Source: an uncultured Lachnospiraceae bacterium (GTDB lineage Bacteria; Bacillota; Clostridia; Christensenellales; UBA1242). Taken from it: DNA of 64,000 bases. Positions 27,001 to 34,277 of this stretch are shown here, in pieces (positions within the stretch are counted from its first letter, which is position 1; each line of letters begins with the position of its first letter). The DNA lies in assembly GCA_964594865.1 (NCBI GenBank), contig CAZQMZ010000002.1, positions 1,607 to 65,606 of the forward strand, read 5' to 3'. The notes beneath the pieces are model-generated. The model was not told where the DNA came from. It searched no databases and saw nothing but the letters and a program-made list of their open reading frames with translations. The position numbers and the translations under genes are program-made.

Positions 27001-29112
27001 ATGAGCGGATATGACATTGAAAGTTTGAATGAGCAGCAAAAAGAGGCGCTTTTTGAGGCGGATGGTGTGGTGTTGGTCACAGCGGGTGCGGGCAGTGGCA
27101 AGACTAGACTTTTGACGCATCGCATTTGTTATCTCATCAAAGAAAAGAAAGTTTCACCTTTCAACATTTTGGCAATCACATTCACAAACAAAGCCACAAA
27201 CGAGATGAAAGAACGTGTGGCGCAAATGTGTGATTGTTCGGTTTGGATTTCAACATTTCACAGTATGTGTGTGCGAATTTTGAGAGAAAATATTTCGCTT
27301 TTGGAGGGTTTTAATAAAAATTTTACAATAATTGCAGAAAATGACAGAGATAAAATCATCAAGGACCTTTTGAAAAAACATGGCAGGGATGAAGATGAAA
27401 AGTCAAAGATTTCTTTTCATTTGGAAAACATCAAAAACAAAGGGTTGGATTTTGAAGAATATTTCGCTCCAATTCGTGAATTTAACAACAATGTCGGCGA
27501 TTTGATTGTACATCAAAAAATTTGCGAAGAATATGAAGAATATTTGCAAAAAAACAATGCTCTCGACTTTGATGATTTGTTGAACAAAACTTTATTCTTG
27601 TTCAATAACTATCCAGATGTGCTCTTTCGTTATGCAGATCGATTTCATTATATTTTGGTGGATGAATTTCAAGATACAAATTTGGTGCAATACAAACTTG
27701 TCAAAATGCTGGCAAGTGTGCATGGAAATCTTTTCGTGGTGGGAGATGAAGATCAATGCATATATTCTTGGCGCGGGGCAAATTTTCATAACATTTTCAA
27801 CTTGAAGAATGATTTTTCGGATGTGAAAATTTTTAAACTTGAACAGAACTATCGCTCCACAAAAAACATCCTGACGCTGGCAAATAATGTCATTTCCAAC
27901 AATCGTGAAAGATTGGAGAAAAATTTGTGGACAGAAAAAGATAATGGCGAAGGTCCGGTGGTCTATTCTGCATTTGACGAGCGTGACGAAGCTCTTTTTG
28001 TGGCAAAAACAATTGAAAATTTGGTTGCAGAAGGGTTTTCATACAGCGACTTTGCTGTGCTTATGCGTGTGAATGCGCTTTCAAGATCGCTGGAAGAAGG
28101 GATGATGTCCTTTCAAATTCCATACAAACTCTATGGCGGATTCAAATTCTATGAGCGTGCGGAAATTCGCATGGTTTTGTCCTATCTTTCCATATTCGTC
28201 AACGAAAATGACGAAATTTCACTTCTCAAAATCATCAACTTTCCAAAGCGCGGAATTGGAGATGTTGCCATAAAAAACTTGCAAGAGAAAGCAGGAGATG
28301 ACACACTTTTGAAATATCTTTTAAGCGACCGTTTTAAGTTTTCAAAATATAATTCCAAACTCAAAAAATTTGTTGAAAATGTCAATATTTTGAAAAAACA
28401 ACTCGGCAAACTTTCACTTTTCGAATTTGTTGAAAAAGTTTTGCAGATCTTTTCAATCAGAGAAGAATATGCAGGCAGAGATGAGGAATCAATTGACAAA
28501 CTTGGAAACATTGACAGTTTGCTTTCTGGAGTTTTGGAATATTCCAAAGACAACCAAAATGCCACACTTGCAGATTATTTGGCAGAAGTTATGCTCAAAA
28601 CGGACAGCGACCAAATTCAAGAAAAAGGTTTTGTGACAGTTTCCACAATTCACTCGGTCAAGGGATTGGAATTCAGAGTGGTGTTTGTGGTTGGGCTTGA
28701 AGAAGGAATTTTTCCGCTTGCGCGTGCAACAAATTCTCTTGCTGAAATGGAAGAAGAGCGTCGGTTGATGTATGTGGCAATCACGCGGGCGGAAGAGAGG
28801 ATCTTTCTTTCATACACAGCCAAGCGATATATGTATGGCAAAAGCAACTATCAAACGCCAAGCCGATTTTTGTCTGAGCTTGGCATTGTCGACAAAAAGA
28901 AAACAAAAATCATTTCAAATGACTTTGTGCAGACAGAAAAACAGGAAGTTTTTGACTCTGGTTTTGAGGTTGGCGACGATGTTTCTCACAGCCGATTTGG
29001 GATTGGAAAAATTGTGGATATCTCGGACGATGGACTTGTTGCGGACATAGAGTTTGAAGATTATGGCAAAAAAAGTTTGATGCTGAATATGGCAAAATTG
29101 GAAAAATTATAA
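27001..29112 (+). CDS. pcrA: ATP-dependent DNA helicase PcrA (UvrD family)
   Basis: LNEQQKEA, AGAGSGKT, DEFQDTN, YRST, VHSVKGLEF and MYVAITRA motifs. Confidence 0.95.
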   Translation: MSGYDIESLNEQQKEALFEADGVVLVTAGAGSGKTRLLTHRICYLIKEKKVSPFNILAITFTNKATNEMKERVAQMCDCSVWISTFHSMCVRILRENISLLEGFNKNFTIIAENDRDKIIKDLLKKHGRDEDEKSKISFHLENIKNKGLDFEEYFAPIREFNNNVGDLIVHQKICEEYEEYLQKNNALDFDDLLNKTLFLFNNYPDVLFRYADRFHYILVDEFQDTNLVQYKLVKMLASVHGNLFVVGDEDQCIYSWRGANFHNIFNLKNDFSDVKIFKLEQNYRSTKNILTLANNVISNNRERLEKNLWTEKDNGEGPVVYSAFDERDEALFVAKTIENLVAEGFSYSDFAVLMRVNALSRSLEEGMMSFQIPYKLYGGFKFYERAEIRMVLSYLSIFVNENDEISLLKIINFPKRGIGDVAIKNLQEKAGDDTLLKYLLSDRFKFSKYNSKLKKFVENVNILKKQLGKLSLFEFVEKVLQIFSIREEYAGRDEESIDKLGNIDSLLSGVLEYSKDNQNATLADYLAEVMLKTDSDQIQEKGFVTVSTIHSVKGLEFRVVFVVGLEEGIFPLARATNSLAEMEEERRLMYVAITRAEERIFLSYTAKRYMYGKSNYQTPSRFLSELGIVDKKKTKIISNDFVQTEKQEVFDSGFEVGDDVSHSRFGIGKIVDISDDGLVADIEFEDYGKKSLMLNMAKLEKL

Positions 29113-29222
29113 AAAAATTGAAAATAAATGAAACTAAAAAAAGATTAAAAAATCATTAAAAAAATCAAAAAAAACGCAAAAAAATATGAAAAAAGTGCAA
29201 AAAAACACAAAAAGAGGGCAAA

Positions 29223-31181
29223 ATGGAAAATAAAAAGCTTGAAAGAATGAAAGCGCTGGTGAGTGAAATTTTGATTCATAACCGCAACTATTATGAACTT
29301 GATAATCCAACCATTTCGGACAAGGAATATGACAAACTCTATGACGAACTTGTGGACCTTGAAAAAGAATTGGGTGTTGTTTTGCCAAATTCTCCAACGC
29401 AGAGAGTTGGGGGAGATGTCCTTTCAAAATTTGTCAAAAAGAAACATCAGGTTCGACTCTATTCCATGAGCAAGGTGCGATCTTTTGATGAGCTTAAAGA
29501 TTTTTTTGTTGAAATGAAAAAGTTTGTCAAAAACCCGACTTTTGCTGTGGAATATAAATTCGACGGATTGACCATTGTGACGGAATATATGAACGGGCGC
29601 TTTGTCAGTGCCACAACTCGTGGAAATGGTGAAATTGGAGAAGATGTCACAGAGCAGGTCAAGACAATTAAAAGCGTTCCGCTTGAAATTCCTTTCAAAG
29701 GTCATTTGATTTTGCAGGGTGAAGGCATGATGACAAATTCAAGTTTCAAGCGCTATAACAAAACGGCAACTGAACCGCTCAAAAATCCACGCAACGGCGT
29801 TGCTGGCGCAATTCGAAATCTTGATCCAAAAGAAACGGCACGCAGACAGTTGGACTATTTTTGCTATGCGGTTTTGTTTTCGGAAGATAAAAAATTTGAA
29901 ACACAGCAAGAAATGAATGAATTTTTGAAAGAAAATGGCTTCAAAACCGGTGATTTTTTCAAAATAATCAAAACGGAAGAAGAGGCAGAAAAAATTATTG
30001 CTGAAATTGACGAAAAGAAAAACGCTCTTGACGTCATGATTGATGGGCTTGTCATCAAACTTAATGAAGTTGCTCCGCGCGAAGAGATTGGATATACCAA
30101 CAAATTTCCAAAGTGGGCAAGGGCATTCAAGTTTGAAGCGGAAGAAGTTTCCACTATGCTTGAAGATGTTGTTTGGCAGGTGGGCAGAAGTGGAAAGGTG
30201 ACGCCAACAGCAATTTTGGAGCCGGTCGAACTTGCTGGTGCAACAATAAGTCGTGCGACGCTCAACAACATTGAAGACATAAGGAAGAAAAATGTCTTTT
30301 TGAAAAGTCGCGTCTTTATCCGTCGTTCCAACGAAGTTATTCCAGAAGTTTTGGGGCTGGCGGAAAAATATGAAAATTCTCTTCCAATTCATGAGCCAAA
30401 AAATTGCCCGTGTTGTGGAAGTGTTTTGCTCAAAAAAGGTCCACTTGTGTTCTGTCCAAATCGCGACGGTTGCAAAGAACAAGTTGTGGCAAGGTTGACG
30501 CATTTTGTCAGCCGAGAAGCCTTCAATATTGAAGGGTTGAGCGAGAAAACCATAATTCAATTCTATGACGATTTGGGTTTGCGACATTTTTCCGAATTAT
30601 TCAAATTGACAAAAGAACAACTTGTGAAATTGGAAAAATTTGCAGAAAAAAAGGCAGAAAATTGCATAAAAAGCCTTGAAAAAAGCAAAAAAATTGAATT
30701 TTATCGCTTTTTGTTCGCACTTGGCATAAGTGAAGTTGGTATAAAAACGGCGAAAGATTTGGCAAAAACATACAAAAATCTTGACCAAATCAAAACTGCC
30801 ACATGTGAACAGTTGTGCAGGATTGAAGATGTTGGAGAAATTATCGCGCAAAACATTGTGGACTTTTTCACAAATCAAGACAACTTGAATGAAATTGAAA
30901 AACTCTTTGAAGTTGGCGTGGAGATTGAAAAGGTTGAAGAAGCAAAATCTGACAAACTCTCTGGATTGACTTTTGTGCTGACAGGAACACTGCCAAACCA
31001 TTCACGCACAGAGATGACAAAAATTATTGAAGAGAACGGCGGAAAAACAGCATCGTCAGTTTCGAAAAACACATCATATGTTCTTGCTGGTGAAGAAGCG
31101 GGAAGTAAACTCGACAAAGCTAGAGCACTCAATATTCCAATTTTAAGCGAAGAAGATTTTTTGAAAATGATTGAAGAATGA
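29223..31181 (+). CDS. ligA: NAD-dependent DNA ligase
   Basis: KxDG adenylation motif (EYKFDGL), four-Cys zinc finger (CPCCGS..CPN..C), HhH and BRCT regions. Confidence 0.95.
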   Translation: MENKKLERMKALVSEILIHNRNYYELDNPTISDKEYDKLYDELVDLEKELGVVLPNSPTQRVGGDVLSKFVKKKHQVRLYSMSKVRSFDELKDFFVEMKKFVKNPTFAVEYKFDGLTIVTEYMNGRFVSATTRGNGEIGEDVTEQVKTIKSVPLEIPFKGHLILQGEGMMTNSSFKRYNKTATEPLKNPRNGVAGAIRNLDPKETARRQLDYFCYAVLFSEDKKFETQQEMNEFLKENGFKTGDFFKIIKTEEEAEKIIAEIDEKKNALDVMIDGLVIKLNEVAPREEIGYTNKFPKWARAFKFEAEEVSTMLEDVVWQVGRSGKVTPTAILEPVELAGATISRATLNNIEDIRKKNVFLKSRVFIRRSNEVIPEVLGLAEKYENSLPIHEPKNCPCCGSVLLKKGPLVFCPNRDGCKEQVVARLTHFVSREAFNIEGLSEKTIIQFYDDLGLRHFSELFKLTKEQLVKLEKFAEKKAENCIKSLEKSKKIEFYRFLFALGISEVGIKTAKDLAKTYKNLDQIKTATCEQLCRIEDVGEIIAQNIVDFFTNQDNLNEIEKLFEVGVEIEKVEEAKSDKLSGLTFVLTGTLPNHSRTEMTKIIEENGGKTASSVSKNTSYVLAGEEAGSKLDKARALNIPILSEEDFLKMIEE

Positions 31182-31200
31182 ATAATATGTTTGAAAAAAC

Positions 31201-31230
31201 TTGACAATAAAGTTCACCTAACTATAAAAT
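31201..31230 (+). promoter_or_regulatory. near-consensus promoter of the poly-G cassette locus
   Basis: TTGACA (31201-31206), 16 nt, TATAAA (31223-31228). Confidence 0.6.
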
Positions 31231-31260
31231 TAAATTGTGATTATACAAAAGGAGAAAACT

Positions 31261-31308
31261 ATGACTCAAATTTTGAATTTTGCGGGGGGGGGAGCAAGCG
31301 AACCTTAA
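31261..31308 (+). CDS. 15-codon upstream ORF (MTQILNFAGGGASEP) containing a G9 run
   Basis: Strong SD AAGGAGAA 4 nt before the ATG. The G9 run at 31284-31292 encodes GGG. Confidence 0.3.
   Translation: MTQILNFAGGGASEP
31284..31292 (+). repeat. homopolymeric G9 tract, copy 1
   Basis: Nine consecutive G in an AT-rich genome. Its context GC-G9-AGCAAGCGAACCTTAAAA is shared with copy 2. Confidence 0.95.
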
Positions 31309-31348
31309 AAAATAGACAGGAGACATTTTTCACCTGTGGAGGTGAAAG

Positions 31349-31774
31349 ATGAGATCTTCTGAAATTTCTCCAAATCCATTCGGGGCTCCTTCTTGCAGAA
31401 AATGTCACAGAACTTTGAAAAGACGCGTATCACTTGGCTTTTGGGAGGCTCTTGAAGAGATTATTGCCAGCATTTGCGATCCGTTTCATCGAACTTTATA
31501 TGGTTGCACAGGCACTGTCCCAAATGAAAAGTATGATGTATGGAAAGAAGACTGCAAAAAAATTGACGAAAAGAACAAAAAAATTCGCAGACAAAACATG
31601 GTCAGGCAGTTTATTGGAAGTAAAAAGCCAGAGATTCCATATCCGCCGCGACCACCAAGAAGAGTGCCATGTCCAAATCATTACAAATTGAGGCCATTTG
31701 GAAAATATAATCAAAGAAGCGTCAGAAAAAGAAAGACTTTTTATGATGGTGGTGGAAACATTTATTATATTTGA
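31349..31774 (+). CDS. hypothetical basic Cys/Pro-rich protein (141 aa), ORFan
   Basis: SD GGAGG lies 6 nt before the ATG. CRKC near the N-terminus, PYPPRPPRRVPCP segment. No family recognised. Confidence 0.5.
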   Translation: MRSSEISPNPFGAPSCRKCHRTLKRRVSLGFWEALEEIIASICDPFHRTLYGCTGTVPNEKYDVWKEDCKKIDEKNKKIRRQNMVRQFIGSKKPEIPYPPRPPRRVPCPNHYKLRPFGKYNQRSVRKRKTFYDGGGNIYYI

Positions 31775-31809
31775 TTTTTAAAGTTTGTTTTGAGTTTAAG
31801 GAGAACTTT

Positions 31810-31926
31810 ATGCACAGATGTCCAATATGCAATGAACTTTTGTCACCAGAAATGTTGCCGGTTGGAAAAACGGCGGGGGGGGGAGAAGTAAACTTAAAAT
31901 GGAAAACGTCCTTCCTCAGGTCATAA
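31810..31926 (+). CDS. 38-codon ORF (MHRCPICNELL...) containing a G9 run; probable 5' part of a frameshift-interrupted gene
   Basis: Strong SD AAGGAGAA. The G9 run is at 31875-31883. One additional G joins this frame to ORF 31899-32132. Confidence 0.4.
   Translation: MHRCPICNELLSPEMLPVGKTAGGGEVNLKWKTSFLRS
31875..31883 (+). repeat. homopolymeric G9 tract, copy 2
   Basis: Nine consecutive G in the context GC-G9-AGAAGTAAACTTAAAA. Confidence 0.95.
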
Positions 31927-32132
31927 CTTGGGCGATTGACACCGGAATTCGGGCTTCGATCGGCTCCGGTCGGAGTTTATATTTGACTTGCAACAACTCT
32001 GATTGTCCGGCGTGTTATAGACTCAACAACCCAATATATTTCAAAAACGGAATAGTTACGCCAACCATGGTGGGAGACCCGTTGGGAATTCGAGTGTCAC
32101 TCATGAAATCAAGATTTAAAAAACGAAGATAA
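31899..32132 (+). CDS. hypothetical 77-aa protein with CX5CPAC and a basic tail; probable 3' part of the G9-interrupted gene
   Basis: Open frame without a correctly spaced SD of its own. It is in frame with 31810 if the tract is G10. Confidence 0.45.
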   Translation: MENVLPQVITWAIDTGIRASIGSGRSLYLTCNNSDCPACYRLNNPIYFKNGIVTPTMVGDPLGIRVSLMKSRFKKRR

Positions 32133-32160
32133 ATTGTTTTGAAAAATCATGCAAAAACAC

Positions 32161-32189
32161 TTGACAACGATTGACGAAATGTTTATAAT
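32161..32189 (+). promoter_or_regulatory. consensus sigma-A promoter
   Basis: TTGACA (32161-32166), 17 nt, TATAAT (32184-32189). Confidence 0.8.
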
Positions 32190-32194
32190 ACAAA

Positions 32195-32435
32195 ATGTGT
32201 TTCGTTGTCGGAAACCCATGCTTTGAATGTGTTGGGGCAAAGCCTTGACATTTGAGCATAAACAAACAACAGGTGGCTGTGCTTCAAATGGCATAATTTG
32301 CAGTTTGCAAACTTCCAATTCCACCGATTCAAGAAATTCTTTTCTTGGAGTCATAGAAATATGATTGTGTTGTTCATGTTTGAAAAGATAAAGCATTTTT
32401 CATGGCACGAAATATATCGTGCCTTTTTTGTTTTT
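32195..32435 (+). ncRNA. orphan structured RNA or leader (~240 nt) upstream of rpsL
   Basis: Bounded by the consensus promoter and an intrinsic terminator. At least five hairpins are readable: 32199-32215, 32218-32259, 32272-32325 (with inner 32297-32311), 32326-32352 and 32404-32423. Confidence 0.5.
32404..32435 (+). terminator. intrinsic terminator (possible attenuator) upstream of rpsL
   Basis: GGCACGA / TCGTGCC stem with a 6-nt loop, followed by TTTTTTGTTTTT. Confidence 0.85.
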
Positions 32436-32530
32436 AAACAAATAAGCGAAAGACAAATCGTGACTTCGATTTAAAACTAAGTCAAGTTTGGCAGTTTGTC
32501 AAAAGACAAATGCCTTAAAAGGAGATCGAA

Positions 32531-32911
32531 ATGCCTACATTCAACCAACTTGTAAGAAAAGGAAGAAAATCTTTTGAGAAAAAGAAAAAAGCACCACTTC
32601 TTGAAGAATGCCCACAAAAGCGTGGTGTTTGCCTTTCTGTGAGAACGGCAACACCAAAAAAGCCAAACTCAGCTCTTCGTAAGATTGCCAGAGTGAAGCT
32701 TTCCAACAATCAAGAAGGGACTTGCTATATTCCTGGAATTGGCCACAATTTGCAAGAACACAGTGTTGTGCTTGTTCGTGGCGGGCGTGTTAAGGACTTG
32801 CCAGGTGTGAGATATCACATCATTCGCGGAACTCTTGACACCGCTGGCGTTGCAAACAGAAAGCAAAGCCGTTCAAAATATGGCGCAAAGAAACCAAAAG
32901 CAGGAAAATAA
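32531..32911 (+). CDS. rpsL: 30S ribosomal protein S12
   Basis: [32 protein letters not shown]. Confidence 0.97.
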   Translation: MPTFNQLVRKGRKSFEKKKKAPLLEECPQKRGVCLSVRTATPKKPNSALRKIARVKLSNNQEGTCYIPGIGHNLQEHSVVLVRGGRVKDLPGVRYHIIRGTLDTAGVANRKQSRSKYGAKKPKAGK

Positions 32912-33045
32912 ACCCTTCGCATTTGCAACTTGATTATCAAATTTGCAAGGATATGATTTTTTGAAAAGATTGAAAATGTCAGATTTTTGTTTGCGTAACA
33001 AAAATCAAACACATGTTGCCCATTGTGGCTTAAAAGGAGAAAACA

Positions 33046-33519
33046 ATGCCAAGAAGAAATAGTGCGGTTAAAAGAGATGTTTTGCCAGACCCAATTTATG
33101 GAAACAAAGTTGTCACAAAACTTATCAATCAAATTATGATGAGTGGAAAGAAAGGTCTTGCACAGAGAATTGTTTATGGCTCTTTTGACATTATAAAAGA
33201 AAAAACAAGTTTGGAACCTCTTGATGTCTGCCTGACAGCGATTGAAAATGTTAAGCCTATGCTTGAAACAAAAGGTCGCAGAGTTGGCGGTGCAACATAC
33301 CAAGTTCCTATGGAAATTCGTCCAGAAAGACGCCAAACACTTGCAATTCGTTGGATTGTCAACAATGCAAGAAAGAGAACAGGCGAGAGAAATATGAATG
33401 AAAAACTTGCTGGTGAACTTATGGATGCATACAACAACACAGGCGCTTCAATCAAAAAGCGCGACGAAATGCACAGAATGGCAGAAGCCAACAAGGCGTT
33501 CGCTCACTATAAGTGGTAA
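33046..33519 (+). CDS. rpsG: 30S ribosomal protein S7
   Basis: [18 protein letters not shown].., C-terminal NKAFAHYKW. Confidence 0.97.
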   Translation: MPRRNSAVKRDVLPDPIYGNKVVTKLINQIMMSGKKGLAQRIVYGSFDIIKEKTSLEPLDVCLTAIENVKPMLETKGRRVGGATYQVPMEIRPERRQTLAIRWIVNNARKRTGERNMNEKLAGELMDAYNNTGASIKKRDEMHRMAEANKAFAHYKW

Positions 33520-33695
33520 TATATGAAAACATATAGCGATGCAAAAGCAAGGCAACTTGCTGCACGAGCAAAAGGTTAAAGAAAAACTACAAAAAAATCT
33601 ACACTCATAGGCATAAAGCACATTCTAAAGACAATAATTCTATACAAATTGACAGATAAGGCAATTTTTTTGAATTAATTTTAAAGGAGAGAAAT

Positions 33696-34256
33696 ATGAC
33701 CGTTAGAAATCACCATTTAGATTATTTTATCAATGGATATTTAGACTTGCTAAACGATGACAATATTAAATATATTGCAAAAAAATCAACGGAGATGCAT
33801 TATCCAAAAGAATGGTATGACAGCATGTTCTATGAAATTTTGAATTATGAATATAAAAAAGTTGCTGGATGTATAAAAAGAGTTGATTACAGCAAAAATG
33901 AAAAAATAGTAATGTTAAAAATCATTAAATTGAACAAAAAAACAATGGAAGAGCAGAAGGTGGGTTATGTATCAATAAGCGATTATAATTTACACTTTAC
34001 AAATCTATTAATTAACAATTCGTATAAACAGAATAAAACTTTGATTGCTCAAGATTTTCCAATTATGGAAAGTGATAGTAAAGAAAATTTACATTTCCAA
34101 ACTTCTCAAGAAGAACAAAAACAAGAAGAGATTTCTCAAAATGCTTTTGTTTCTGAAATGACGAGTGCTTTTGGACGAACATATTTGAATGATTATAACA
34201 ATTATATAAACAAAATAAGAACAACACTTGAATTTAATGGTGTAAAAACCAAATAA
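33696..34256 (+). CDS. hypothetical AT-rich ORFan (186 aa) inserted between rpsG and fusA
   Basis: Strong SD AAAGGAGAG. Composition is visibly more AT-rich than the flanking ribosomal genes. No family recognised. Confidence 0.55.
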   Translation: MTVRNHHLDYFINGYLDLLNDDNIKYIAKKSTEMHYPKEWYDSMFYEILNYEYKKVAGCIKRVDYSKNEKIVMLKIIKLNKKTMEEQKVGYVSISDYNLHFTNLLINNSYKQNKTLIAQDFPIMESDSKENLHFQTSQEEQKQEEISQNAFVSEMTSAFGRTYLNDYNNYINKIRTTLEFNGVKTK

Positions 34257-34277
34257 ATTTTAAAAAAGGAGAAAAAT

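Noticed and set aside
31434-31691. 85-aa alternative-frame ORF and a 72-aa minus-strand ORF (31496-31714) overlapping the 141-aa ORFan.
   Set aside because: Neither has an SD or promoter of its own. The 141-aa frame has a well-spaced GGAGG. The extra open frames probably reflect local composition. Kept in mind only because coding in this locus is uncertain overall.
32109-32396. 95-aa minus-strand ORF spanning the 32161 promoter and the structured RNA.
   Set aside because: It has no SD, it runs antisense through a consensus promoter and hairpin-rich segment, and its translation is low-complexity. The plus-strand RNA interpretation explains the region better.
32195-32435. Possibility that the structured RNA is a known housekeeping RNA (SRP RNA, RNase P RNA, tmRNA or 6S).
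   Set aside because: I could not find the conserved SRP domain IV, RNase P P4 or tmRNA tag/tRNA-like motifs. A 6S-like fold, with 5' and 3' ends forming one long closing helix, is not evident: the two ends are directly repeated rather than complementary. 6S cannot be fully excluded without a covariance-model search.
33523-33579. 18-codon ORF (MKTYSDAKARQLAARAKG) immediately after the rpsG stop.
   Set aside because: It has no SD and is too short to evaluate. It is likely chance.
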